DNA of 27,354 nucleotides from a virus (IMGVR_UViG_2703719365_000004:1-27354), one strand, 5' to 3'; positions 7,198 to 15,904 are shown, counted from the stretch's first letter. Notes: generated by a model from the sequence alone, not told the origin. Numbers and translations: made by a program.

Positions 7198-7233
7198 AGC
7201 CCCACATATTGTGGGGCTTTTTGTTTCATCTTA
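7198..7233 (+). terminator. Rho-independent terminator closing the cargo cassette
   Basis: GGAGCCCCACA-TATT-GTGGGGCT followed by TTTTTGTTT. Confidence 0.6.
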
Positions 7234-7396
7234 GTTAGCCGTTATTCACATTCACTACTTTGCTACTTATCCACTGTAAAAATAAATTGTGAATTATTTT
7301 GTGGCTTATTGTTAGTGTTCTATCAATTTTGTGTGTGATATTCCATTGGCGTGGTTATTATCTGTGCATCGCACTTAAATGTATAAAGCTCACTAG

Positions 7397-7711
7397 TTGA
7401 GACAATCCTACCACCAGTTGGTGGTATCTCATGATTCACTGAATTGCAAATCTTCTGAATTGCTGGATGAGTTTAAATCTCACCGGCGCTATTTCTCCGT
7501 ATCAGTCTCCGTGCCTTATACCGATGTCAGGACGCATAAGCCCGTTCAGTTCTACCCGGGTAAACATCCGTGCGAGAAACCGGCGGATATGCTCAGGCAA
7601 ATAATCAATGCCAGTAGTCGACCTGGTGATCTGGTTGCTGATTTCTTTATGGGATTCGGTTCCACAATAAAAGCAGCAATGGCGCTGGGGCGTCGGGCGT
7701 TAGGTGTTTAA
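7397..7711 (+). pseudogene. 5'-truncated DNA methyltransferase remnant (C-terminal part of an N6/N4-type methylase)
   Basis: Translation contains HPCEKP (compare the HPTQKP motif) followed by GDLVADFFMGFGSTIKAAMALGRRALGV, the C-terminal AdoMet-binding/target-recognition segment of ParB-type and phage DNA methylases. There is no N-terminal catalytic (D/N)PPY region and the ORF begins at a TTG right at the AT-rich cassette boundary. Confidence 0.6.
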
Positions 7712-7778
7712 CTTGAGTCAGAGCGGTTTAATCAGACGGTGAAAGAGGTAAGTGAACTGGTGGGGAAATAATTCTGGT

Positions 7779-7801
7779 GGCCACGTTGCGTGGCCTTTTT
7801 A
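7779..7801 (+). terminator. Intrinsic terminator-like hairpin upstream of the holin gene
   Basis: GGCCACG-TTG-CGTGGCC followed by TTTTT. Confidence 0.45.
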
Positions 7802-7847
7802 TTTCCAACACAGCACCCGCAAATATCGCGAGGTGAGAGATGACGAA

Positions 7848-8183
7848 ATGCCTCATAACCCAAATACCTGGCCGGACTGGCTGGAGTTGTTTCAGAGCTG
7901 GTGGCGTGGAGACACACCGCTGGGTGCAGTGATTATGTCGATCGTTATGGCTGGTTTGCGCATCGCCTATTTTGGCGGTGGTGGTGGCTGGAAGCGAAAA
8001 ACGCTCGAGATTTTGCTATGTGGCGCTCTGACGCTGACCTTTGCATCCGCTCTTGAGTATGTCGGATGGCCTAAATCACTTTCTGTTGCCATTGGTGGTG
8101 GGGTGGGGCTGATCGGTGTCGATGCTATTCGTGGGGCTGCAATGCGAGTAATCGGTAACAAATTTGGTGGCTCTAAGGAGTAA
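7848..8183 (+). CDS. Class I holin (lambda S-like)
   Basis: Region GAVIMSIVMAGLRIAYFGGGG...LTLTFASALEYVGW...VAIGGGVGLIGVDAIRGAAMRVIGNKFGG is collinear with lambda S. It lies directly upstream of a lambda R-like endolysin. Start chosen at the ATG at 7848; the ORF track extends it to a GTG at 7752. Confidence 0.8.
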   Translation: MPHNPNTWPDWLELFQSWWRGDTPLGAVIMSIVMAGLRIAYFGGGGGWKRKTLEILLCGALTLTFASALEYVGWPKSLSVAIGGGVGLIGVDAIRGAAMRVIGNKFGGSKE

Positions 8184-8186
8184 TTT

Positions 8187-8663
8187 ATGCAGGTACTAAA
8201 TTCCCAGCGTAAAGCTTTCCTTGATATGGTGGCTTGGTCAGAAGGAACGGATAACGGACGACAACCGACACGTAACCACGGTTATGACGTTATTGTCGGT
8301 GGTGAACTCTTCACTGATTACTCCGATCACCCTCGCAAACTTGTCACGCTAAACCCCAAACTCAAATCAACAGCCGCCGGACGTTACCAGCTTCTTTCAC
8401 GTTGGTGGGATGCTTACCGTAAACAGCTTGGTTTGAAAGACTTCTCCCCCAAAAGCCAGGACGCTGTGGCATTGCAGCAGATTAAAGAACGTGGCGCTTT
8501 ACCGATGATTGATCGTGGTGATATTCGTCAGGCTATCGACCGTTGCAGCAATATCTGGGCTTCGTTGCCGGGCGCTGGTTACGGTCAGTTCGAGCATAAG
8601 GCTGACAGCCTGATTGCAAAATTCAAAGAAGCAGGCGGAACGGTCAGAGAGATTGAGGTATGA
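8187..8663 (+). CDS. R: Endolysin (lambda R-type lytic transglycosylase)
   Basis: 158 aa, near-identical to lambda R as I recall it ([58 protein letters not shown]...). Confidence 0.95.
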   Translation: MQVLNSQRKAFLDMVAWSEGTDNGRQPTRNHGYDVIVGGELFTDYSDHPRKLVTLNPKLKSTAAGRYQLLSRWWDAYRKQLGLKDFSPKSQDAVALQQIKERGALPMIDRGDIRQAIDRCSNIWASLPGAGYGQFEHKADSLIAKFKEAGGTVREIEV

Positions 8664-9121
8664 GCAGAGTAACCGCGATTATTTCCGCTCTGGTTATCTG
8701 CATCATCGTTTGCTTGTCATGGGCTGTTAATCATTACCGCGATAACGCCATTACCTACAAAGCCCAGCGCGACAAAAATGCCAGAGAACTGAAGCTGGCG
8801 AACTCGACAATTACTGACATGCAGATGCGTCAGCGTGATGTTGCTGCGCTCGATGCAAAATACACGAAGGAGTTAGCTGATGCGAAAGCTGAAAATGATG
8901 CTCTGCGTGATGATGTTGCCGCTGGTCGTCGTCGGTTGCACATCAAAGCAGTCTGTCAGTCAGTGCGTGAAGCCACCACCGCCTCCGGCGTGGATAATGC
9001 AGCCTCCCCCCGACTGGCAGACACCGCTGAACGGGATTATTTCACCCTCAGAGAGAGGCTGATCACTATGCAAAAACAACTGGAAGGAACCCAGAAGTAT
9101 ATTAATGAGCAGTGCAGATAG
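8660..9121 (+). CDS. Rz: Spanin inner-membrane subunit Rz (i-spanin)
   Basis: 153 aa with N-terminal TM segment ([18 protein letters not shown]) and coiled-coil periplasmic domain. Lambda Rz-like. Start overlaps the R stop (ATGA). Confidence 0.9.
   Translation: MSRVTAIISALVICIIVCLSWAVNHYRDNAITYKAQRDKNARELKLANSTITDMQMRQRDVAALDAKYTKELADAKAENDALRDDVAAGRRRLHIKAVCQSVREATTASGVDNAASPRLADTAERDYFTLRERLITMQKQLEGTQKYINEQCR
8880..9062 (+). CDS. Rz1: Spanin outer-membrane lipoprotein Rz1 (o-spanin), embedded in the +1 frame of Rz
   Basis: 60 aa, [24 protein letters not shown]... with lipobox LVVVGC and proline-rich mature region, essentially the lambda Rz1 sequence. Confidence 0.85.
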   Translation: MRKLKMMLCVMMLPLVVVGCTSKQSVSQCVKPPPPPAWIMQPPPDWQTPLNGIISPSERG

Positions 9122-9152
9122 CGCTGCCCATATCGATGGGCAACTCATGCAA

Positions 9153-9446
9153 TTATTGTGAGCAATACACCCGCGCTTCCAGCGGAGTATAAATGCCTAA
9201 AGTAATAAAACCGAGCAATCCATTTACGAATGTTTGCTGGGTTTCTGTTTTAACCACATTTTCTGCGCCGCCACAAATTTTGGCTGCATCAACAGTTTTC
9301 TCCTGTCCAATTCCCGAAACGAAGAAATGATGGGTGATGGTTTCCTTTGGTGTTACTGCTGTCGGTTTGTTTCCAACAGTAAACGTCTGTTGAGCACATC
9401 CTGTAATAAGCATTGCCAGAGCGGCAGAAAATAACATTTTTTTCAT
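9153..9446 (-). CDS. bor: Bor lipoprotein (lambda Bor homologue, serum-resistance lysogenic-conversion factor)
   Basis: From the internal Met: MKKMLFSAALAMLITGCAQQTFTV...KICGGAENVVKTETQQTFVNGLLGFITLGIYTPLEARVYCSQ, matching lambda Bor (97 aa) with lipobox LITGC. AGGA RBS upstream of that ATG. Confidence 0.9.
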   Translation of the reverse strand: MKKMLFSAALAMLITGCAQQTFTVGNKPTAVTPKETITHHFFVSGIGQEKTVDAAKICGGAENVVKTETQQTFVNGLLGFITLGIYTPLEARVYCSQ

Positions 9447-9626
9447 CTTATTATCCTGCATTGTTAAAAACGGCAGAATCCTATGTGACAACAATTAAAC
9501 GATAGTTAAATGGATTGATGAAAATTAAAACTATATAGGTGTACGGTCAGACTATTGGAGGTAGTCAGGATTTGAATGTCAGTCTGTTGTCGGCATTCTG
9601 GCAATGCAATTTGGATAAAGCGGGGA

Positions 9627-9749
9627 TTAAAAAGATAGAGGCGAGCCGGTCAGGTAGAAATGAATCAGGCTCAAAGTGAAGCGGAAAAGGTCTGTGGCAC
9701 AAACTGATGCTGCCATAATTACAGCCTGATGACTTGTGGAATGAAACAT
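9627..9749 (-). CDS. Small hypothetical hydrophobic peptide (about 40 aa), not in the ORF track
   Basis: Minus-strand ATG preceded by a perfect AAGGAGG SD at 6 nt spacing. Translation MFHSTSHQAVIMAASVCATDLFRFTLSLIHFYLTGSPLSF. No recognisable family. Confidence 0.25.
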   Translation of the reverse strand: MFHSTSHQAVIMAASVCATDLFRFTLSLIHFYLTGSPLSF

Positions 9750-9971
9750 GTTGAACCTCCTTAATTGATGTGATTCGAGTGAGGAAGGCATTCTGTCCTT
9801 CTATAGTGTCCAGTAAATCAAACAGGAAGCTTGTCTCACGTGTGAGACAAGCCTCTCCATTAGCGAGTTGTATTGATTACAACTCTTCAAAGAATTCATT
9901 ACTGGGTAGATGAAAATAGTTTCACGACGAATGGAGGAGGCTATGTCGGTAGCTTCTTCATTGGAGTACAT

Positions 9972-10322
9972 ATGCCACCACGAACCCCAAAAGCCTGCCG
10001 AGTTCGCGGCTGCCGCCATACCACGACTGACCCGTCAGGTTATTGCGAAAGCCACAAAAGCGAGGGCTGGAAGCAATACAAGCCAGGCCAGTCCCGACAC
10101 CAGCGCGGTTATGGTTCGAAATGGGATGTTATCCGGGGGCGTGTACTAAAGCGTGACAAAGGCCTGTGTCAGTTGTGTTTGCGTGCCGGTGTGGTGCGCG
10201 AGGCGAAAACCGTTGACCACATCATCCCTAAAGCGCATGGCGGCACTGATGCCGACAGCAATCTGCAGAGCCTGTGCTGGCCGTGTCATAAGGCGAAGAC
10301 GGCCCGTGAACGGCTGAAGTAA
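9972..10322 (+). CDS. HNH endonuclease (terminase-associated)
   Basis: MPPRTPKACRVRGCRHTTTDPSGYCESHKSEGW...DHIIPKAHGGTDADSNLQSLCWPCHKAKT, a classic HNH motif with Cys-rich zinc-binding N-terminus. Sits just upstream of the terminase genes as in HK97-like packaging modules. ORF track gives a TTG at 9873; the ATG at 9972 with GGAG is preferred. Confidence 0.85.
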   Translation: MPPRTPKACRVRGCRHTTTDPSGYCESHKSEGWKQYKPGQSRHQRGYGSKWDVIRGRVLKRDKGLCQLCLRAGVVREAKTVDHIIPKAHGGTDADSNLQSLCWPCHKAKTARERLK

Positions 10323-10447
10323 GAACCAGTTCCCACTGCCAGAGGGGAGGGGCGGGTCAAATCCCTGTGACCTGACGTCTTCCGGACTGCCCGCCCCATC
10401 GTTTTTTTATACCCGCGAAAAATGAAATTTAACCAGGAGTGCCGCAT
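10323..10447 (+). other. Candidate cos/packaging-recognition region between HNH and the small terminase gene
   Basis: G-rich inverted repeat GGGGCGGG...CCCGCCCC followed by TTTTTTTATACCCGCGAAAAATGAAATTTAACC, which loosely recalls the lambda cosB segment (TTTATGAAAATTTTCCGG). Position between HNH and terS is where HK97-like phages place cos. Confidence 0.3.
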
Positions 10448-10942
10448 ATGGCTGGAACGGCGGGGCGTTCCGGGCGTCGCCCCAAGCCAACGGCGCGCAA
10501 GGCGCTGGCCGGAAACCCCGGCAAGCGAGCCCTGAACAAAGATGAACCTGTTTTTACGCCCATCAAAGGTGTTGAGCCACCGGAGTGGTTCGCTGAAGAA
10601 GATCTCCCTCTCGCCACGATCATGTGGCAACTGACAACCAAAGAACTCTGCGGTCAGGGCCTGCTGTGCGTGACTGACCTCGCGGTGCTTGAGCGGTGGT
10701 GCGTGGCCTATGAGTTCTGGCGACGTGCCGTGAAAAATATTGCCAGACAGGGCAACACCATCACCGGTGCAATGGGCGGCATGGTCAAAAATCCGGAGCT
10801 GACCGCCAAAAAAGAACAGGAGTCCGAGATGAGCAGTACGGGGGCAATGCTCGGACTCGACCCCAGCAGCCGCCAGCGTCTGATTGGCCTGGCGGGGCAG
10901 AAGAAAGCCACTAACCCGTTTCTGAAAATTATCGAATCATGA
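10448..10942 (+). CDS. Terminase small subunit (P27 family-like)
   Basis: ORF track 10439..10942. ATG at 10448 lies 8 nt after AGGAG. Basic N-terminus ([25 protein letters not shown]). Immediately upstream of and overlapping the large terminase gene. Confidence 0.85.
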   Translation: MAGTAGRSGRRPKPTARKALAGNPGKRALNKDEPVFTPIKGVEPPEWFAEEDLPLATIMWQLTTKELCGQGLLCVTDLAVLERWCVAYEFWRRAVKNIARQGNTITGAMGGMVKNPELTAKKEQESEMSSTGAMLGLDPSSRQRLIGLAGQKKATNPFLKIIES

Positions 10943-12672
10943 GCCGGAAATCTTACCCCAACGTAAATGCTGCAAATCAGTATGCCCGTGATGTCGTGCG
11001 CGGAAAGATTGTGGCCTGCCAGTTTGTGATTCAGGCCTGCCAGCGCCATCTTGATGACCTGATGGCGGAAAAAAGTAAGTCGTTTCGTTACCGCTTCGAC
11101 AAGGACCTGGCTGAACGGGCCGCGAAATTTATTCAGCTGTTGCCGCACACCAAGGGTGAGTGGGCATTCAAACGGATGCCCATCACGCTGGAGCCGTGGC
11201 AGCTCTTTGTGATCTGCTGCGCGTTTGGCTGGGTCAATAAAGGCTCCCGGCTGCGCCGCTTCCGGGAGGTGTATACCGAAATCCCCCGTAAGAACGGCAA
11301 ATCGGCAATCTCTGCCGGTGTCGCCCTGTATTGTTTTGCCTGTGATAACGAGTTCGGCGCGGAAGTGTATTCCGGTGCCACGACGGAGAAACAGGCATGG
11401 GAAGTCTTTCGTCCGGCACGACTGATGTGTAAACGCACACCCATGCTGACGGAAGCGTTCGGGATTGAGGTTAACGCCTCAAACATGAACCGTCCGGAGG
11501 ATGGTGCGCGGTTTGAACCGCTGATCGGTAACCCTGGTGATGGTTCATCACCCCACTGTGCGGTGGTGGATGAATATCACGAGCACGCCACCGATGCGCT
11601 TTATACCACGATGCTTACCGGGATGGGGGCGCGACGTCAGCCACTGATGTGGGCCATCACCACCGCCGGGTACAACATTGAGGGGCCGTGCTACGACAAG
11701 CGGCGGGAAGTTATCGAGATGCTCAACGGTTCGGTACCCAACGATGAACTGTTCGGGATCATCTATACCGTTGATGAAGGTGACGACTGGATCGACCCGC
11801 AGGTGCTGGAAAAAGCCAATCCAAATATTGGCGTGTCGGTTTATCGCGAATTTTTGTTAAGTCAGCAGCAGCGTGCGAAAAATAACGCCCGTCTGGCAAA
11901 CGTCTTTAAAACAAAACACCTCAATATCTGGGTGTCGGCGCGTTCGGCGTATTTCAACCTGGTGAGCTGGCAGAGCTGCGAGGATAAATCACTGACCCTT
12001 GAGCAGTTCGAGGGGCAGCCGTGCATTCTGGCCTTTGACCTGGCGCGTAAGCTGGATATGAACAGCATGGCGCGACTTTATACCCGCGAGATTGACGGTA
12101 AAACGCATTACTACAGTGTGGCCCCGCGTTTCTGGGTACCGTATGACACGGTGTACAGCGTCGAGAAAAATGAAGATCGCCGGACAGCCGAACGCTTTCA
12201 GAAATGGGTGGAAATGGGCGTTCTGACTGTTACCGCTGGTGCGGAGGTGGATTATCGGTACATCCTCGAGGAGGCCAAAGCGGCGAACAAAATCAGCCCG
12301 GTCAGTGAGTCACCCATCGACCCCTTCGGGGCGACCGGGCTGTCGCATGACCTTGCTGATGAAGACCTGAACCCCATCACCATCATTCAGAACTACACCA
12401 ACATGTCCGATCCGATGAAAGAGCTGGAAGCGGCGATTGAATCGGGGCGCTTTCATCATGACGGCAATCCCATCATGACCTGGTGTATCGGCAACGTGGT
12501 CGGCAAAACCATTCCGGGTAACGATGATGTGGTGAAGCCTGTCAAGGAGCAGGCGGAAAACAAAATCGATGGTGCGGTTGCGCTGATTATGGCGATCGGT
12601 CGGGCAATGCTCAAAGAACCCGACGATTTCCTCTCATCTCTTGATCCGGACGATGCTCTCTTAATTCTATGA
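10939..12672 (+). CDS. Terminase large subunit (HK97-like Terminase_1 family)
   Basis: 577 aa with ATPase region ([20 protein letters not shown]; DEYHEH) and a C-terminal nuclease region. Canonical position before the portal gene. Confidence 0.95.
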   Translation: MSRKSYPNVNAANQYARDVVRGKIVACQFVIQACQRHLDDLMAEKSKSFRYRFDKDLAERAAKFIQLLPHTKGEWAFKRMPITLEPWQLFVICCAFGWVNKGSRLRRFREVYTEIPRKNGKSAISAGVALYCFACDNEFGAEVYSGATTEKQAWEVFRPARLMCKRTPMLTEAFGIEVNASNMNRPEDGARFEPLIGNPGDGSSPHCAVVDEYHEHATDALYTTMLTGMGARRQPLMWAITTAGYNIEGPCYDKRREVIEMLNGSVPNDELFGIIYTVDEGDDWIDPQVLEKANPNIGVSVYREFLLSQQQRAKNNARLANVFKTKHLNIWVSARSAYFNLVSWQSCEDKSLTLEQFEGQPCILAFDLARKLDMNSMARLYTREIDGKTHYYSVAPRFWVPYDTVYSVEKNEDRRTAERFQKWVEMGVLTVTAGAEVDYRYILEEAKAANKISPVSESPIDPFGATGLSHDLADEDLNPITIIQNYTNMSDPMKELEAAIESGRFHHDGNPIMTWCIGNVVGKTIPGNDDVVKPVKEQAENKIDGAVALIMAIGRAMLKEPDDFLSSLDPDDALLIL

Positions 12673-12830
12673 AATCACTAATTGCTGATGTTATCGGGCT
12701 GGCTGGTTTTGGCCTGCTTACGTGCGGGTTTTACCTGCAGTTTGGTATGGCTCCGGCTCTGATGCTGTCCGGCGGTTTACTGCTGGTGGGCGCACTGGCT
12801 ATGGCCAGAAGGGGGACGCGTGCTGCTTGA
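12669..12830 (+). CDS. Small hydrophobic protein (about 53 aa) between terminase and portal, not in the ORF track
   Basis: ATG overlaps the terminase stop. Translation [53 protein letters not shown] suggests two transmembrane helices. The 3' end overlaps the portal start. Confidence 0.35.
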   Translation: MKSLIADVIGLAGFGLLTCGFYLQFGMAPALMLSGGLLLVGALAMARRGTRAA

Positions 12831-14046
12831 TGCTCTGTTCAGAAGTAAATCACTGGAGAATCCTTCCACCCCGATAACCGGGGATGCCGTTGATACTGAT
12901 GGGCTGTTCCGGACAGACGTTTATGTCAGTCCTGAAACTGCGATGAAACTGGCTGCGGTGTATTCCTGTATCTATGTCCTGTCTTCCAGCCTTGCCCAGA
13001 TGCCGTTGCATGTTATGCGCAGGCACAATGGGAAGGTTGAGCCCGCACGCGATCATCCGGCGTTTTATCTGGTTCATGATGAGCCCAATACCTGGCAAAC
13101 CAGTTACAAATGGCGCGAACTGAAGCAACGTCACATCCTTGGCTGGGGGAATGGGTATACCTGGGTGAAACGTAATCGTCGCGGTGAAGTCATATCCCTG
13201 GATTGCTGTATGCCGTGGGAAACGACGCTGATGAATACTGGTGGCCGATATACCTACGGTTTGTACAACGAATATGGGGCGTTTGCGATCAGCCCCGACG
13301 ATATGATCCACATCCGTGCGCTGGGTAATAATCAGAAGATGGGGCTGAGTCCGATTATGCAACATGCCGAAACAATAGGCATGGGGATGAGCGGTCAGAA
13401 ATACACAGAAAGCTTCTTCAGCGGTAATGCCCGTCCGGCGGGGATAGTATCCGTTAAAAGCGGACTCAATAAGGACAGCTGGGGCTGGCTTAAAGATCAG
13501 TGGCAGAAGGCATCGCAGGCGTTACGCAGCCAGGAAAACAAAACCATGCTGCTGCCAGCCGATCTGGATTACAAGGCACTGACTGTGTCGCCAGTTGACG
13601 CTCAGATCATTGACATGATGAAACTGAACCGTTCAATGATTGCCGGTATTTTCAATATTCCTGCGCACATGATTAATGACCTCGAAAAAGCCACCTTCTC
13701 CAATATTTCTGCGCAGGCGATTCAGTTTGTCCGCTACACGATGATGCCGTGGGTAACGAACTGGGAGCAGGAGCTTAACCGTCGCTTGTTTACCCGCGCT
13801 GAGTTAGCCGCCGGGTATTACGTTAGGTTCAATCTGACGGGGCTTTTACGCGGAACTCCGCAGGAGCGCGCGCAATTCTATCACTTCGCTATTACCGATG
13901 GATGGATGAGCCGTAATGAAGCCCGCGCATTCGAGGATATGAATCCGGTTGAAGGGCTGGATGAGATGCTGGTAAGCGTGAATGCTGCTAACCCGGCAGG
14001 AGATTTTAAGCCCCCAAAAAATGATGAGGGAAAAACCAATGAATGA
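12820..14046 (+). CDS. Portal protein (HK97 family)
   Basis: 408 aa. GTG start preceded by AAGGGGGA. Conserved portal segments (ETAMKLAAVYSCIYVLSSSLAQMP...). Position between terminase and prohead protease. Confidence 0.9.
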   Translation: MLLDALFRSKSLENPSTPITGDAVDTDGLFRTDVYVSPETAMKLAAVYSCIYVLSSSLAQMPLHVMRRHNGKVEPARDHPAFYLVHDEPNTWQTSYKWRELKQRHILGWGNGYTWVKRNRRGEVISLDCCMPWETTLMNTGGRYTYGLYNEYGAFAISPDDMIHIRALGNNQKMGLSPIMQHAETIGMGMSGQKYTESFFSGNARPAGIVSVKSGLNKDSWGWLKDQWQKASQALRSQENKTMLLPADLDYKALTVSPVDAQIIDMMKLNRSMIAGIFNIPAHMINDLEKATFSNISAQAIQFVRYTMMPWVTNWEQELNRRLFTRAELAAGYYVRFNLTGLLRGTPQERAQFYHFAITDGWMSRNEARAFEDMNPVEGLDEMLVSVNAANPAGDFKPPKNDEGKTNE

Positions 14047-14641
14047 CCGTGAAATCCGTTGTTACAGCGGTGAGGTGCGTGCTGAGCGGCATGACGATAA
14101 CCCTGCGCACATTATCGGTTATGGATCGGTGTTTGACTGTCGTTCTGAGCTGATATTTGGTTCATTCCGCGAAATCATCCGGCCCGGCGCTTTTGACGAT
14201 GTGCTTGGTGATGATGTACGCGCACTGTTTAACCACGATCCTAATTTTATTCTTGGGCGTAGTGCAGCAGGCACGCTGAATCTTTCAGTTGATGAGCGCG
14301 GATTGCGCTATGACATCCAGGCTCCGGAGACACAGACCATTCGTGATCTGGTGCTGGCCCCGATGCAACGTGGAGATATTAACCAGTCATCTTTTGCTTT
14401 CCGTGTCGCCCGTGACGGCGAGGAGTGGTATCAGGATGAGGACGGGGTTGTTATTCGCGAGATAACCCGCTTTTCCCGTCTGCTGGATGTCAGTCCTGTG
14501 ACATATCCTGCCTATCAGGAGGCTGACTCGGCTGTTCGCTCCATGAAAGCATGGCAGGAGGCGCGCAACAGCGGCGCGCTACAGAAAGCCATTAATCAAC
14601 GTATGGCGCGTGAACGAGTCCTGACCCTTCTTAACGCGTAA
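14039..14641 (+). CDS. Prohead (capsid maturation) protease, HK97 family (S78/U35-like)
   Basis: ORF track 13982..14641. ATG at 14039 overlaps the portal stop. Translation MNDREIRCYSGEVRAERHDDNPAHIIGYGSVFDCRSELIFGSFREIIRPGAF is typical of HK97-type prohead proteases. Confidence 0.9.
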   Translation: MNDREIRCYSGEVRAERHDDNPAHIIGYGSVFDCRSELIFGSFREIIRPGAFDDVLGDDVRALFNHDPNFILGRSAAGTLNLSVDERGLRYDIQAPETQTIRDLVLAPMQRGDINQSSFAFRVARDGEEWYQDEDGVVIREITRFSRLLDVSPVTYPAYQEADSAVRSMKAWQEARNSGALQKAINQRMARERVLTLLNA

Positions 14642-14651
14642 AGGAAACATC

Positions 14652-15881
14652 ATGAAACTGCATGAACTGAAACAGAAACGTAATACTATCGCAACTGACA
14701 TGCGCGCCCTGAATGAAAAAATTGGTGATAACGCATGGACGGAAGAGCAGCGCACTGAGTGGAACAAAGCAAAATCCGAACTGGAAGCGCTTGATGAACG
14801 AATTGCACGCGAAGAAGAACTGCGTCGTCAGGATCAGGCGTACATTGAAAGCAATGAGGAAGAGCAGCGTCAGAATCTTGATCCGGAAAACAATCCACAA
14901 CAGGATGAGAAACGAGCTCAGGTTTTTGATAAGTGGATGCGTCACGGTGCCAGTGAGCTGACATCAGAAGAACGAAAGGCGTTGCGTGAACTTCGTGCCC
15001 AGGGCGTAGCTCAGGATGAAAAGGGCGGATATACCGTACCAGAAACATTCCTGGCGAAAGTTGTTGAGAAGATGAAATCCTACGGTGGCATCGCCAGTGT
15101 GGCGCAGATTCTTACCACTTCTGACGGTCGCACTATGGAGTGGGCAACAGCTGATGGTACTTCCGAAGTTGGTGTTCTGCTGGGCGAAAATGAAGAAGCC
15201 GGTGAAGAAGACACCGATTTCGGTATGGGAAGCCTTGGGGCGCTCAAAATGACATCGAAAATAATTCGTGTGTCTAATGAGTTGCTGCAGGACAGTGCGA
15301 TCGATATGGAAGCTTATCTTGCCCGTCGCATTGCTGAACGTATTGGTCGTGGTGAAGCCCGTTATCTGATTCAGGGAACTGGTGCTGGTACGCCTAAACA
15401 ACCCAAAGGGCTGGTCGCATCTGTGACCGGCACAACACAGACTGCCGCGGCAAATACGGTGAAGTGGCAGGAAATTCTGGCTCTGAAACACAGCATTGAT
15501 CCTGCATATCGTCGCGGACCGAAATTCCGCCTGGCGTTTAACGATAATACGCTGAAACTGATCAGTGAGATGGAAGACGGTCAGGGACGCCCTTTATGGT
15601 TGCCGGATATTGTTGGTGTGGCACCTGCTTCAGTGTTGAATGTACCGTATGTCATTGATCAGGAAATTGATGATATCGGGGCGGGTAAAAAATTCATGTT
15701 CTGTGGTGACTTTGATCGCTTCATTATCCGTCGTGTGCGATACATGATTCTTAAACGTCTGGTTGAGCGTTACGCGGAATATGATCAGACCGGTTTTCTG
15801 GCCTTCCATCGTTTTGACTGTATCCTGGAAGACACCTCTGCCATTAAAGCGCTGGTGGGGAAAGGTAGCGTTGGTGGTTGA
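14652..15881 (+). CDS. Major capsid protein (HK97 fold, with N-terminal coiled-coil delta/scaffold domain)
   Basis: 409 aa. N-terminal charged coiled-coil (MKLHELKQKRNTIATDMRALNEKIGD...EALDERIAREEELRRQ) then capsid domain. Strong SD (AAGGAAA). Follows the protease gene. Confidence 0.95.
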   Translation: MKLHELKQKRNTIATDMRALNEKIGDNAWTEEQRTEWNKAKSELEALDERIAREEELRRQDQAYIESNEEEQRQNLDPENNPQQDEKRAQVFDKWMRHGASELTSEERKALRELRAQGVAQDEKGGYTVPETFLAKVVEKMKSYGGIASVAQILTTSDGRTMEWATADGTSEVGVLLGENEEAGEEDTDFGMGSLGALKMTSKIIRVSNELLQDSAIDMEAYLARRIAERIGRGEARYLIQGTGAGTPKQPKGLVASVTGTTQTAAANTVKWQEILALKHSIDPAYRRGPKFRLAFNDNTLKLISEMEDGQGRPLWLPDIVGVAPASVLNVPYVIDQEIDDIGAGKKFMFCGDFDRFIIRRVRYMILKRLVERYAEYDQTGFLAFHRFDCILEDTSAIKALVGKGSVGG

Positions 15882-15904
15882 TTAGTCTTTTTACGTAATA
15901 CAGC

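Noticed and set aside
7779-7801. Hairpin plus T-run considered as the Q-dependent tR' terminator
   Set aside because: A stronger promoter-terminator pair lies directly after Q at about 6038-6141, which fits PR'/tR' better. This hairpin is kept only as a generic terminator.
7967-8000. GGCGGTGGTGGTGGCTGG repeat-like tract
   Set aside because: It encodes the Gly run (FGGGGGW) in the holin loop and is coding low-complexity sequence, not a repeat element or CRISPR-like structure.
12850-13365. 171-aa minus-strand ORF inside the portal gene
   Set aside because: Antisense to the portal coding sequence, with no independent support.
14964-15491. 175-aa minus-strand ORF inside the major capsid gene
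   Set aside because: Antisense to the capsid coding sequence. Shadow ORF.
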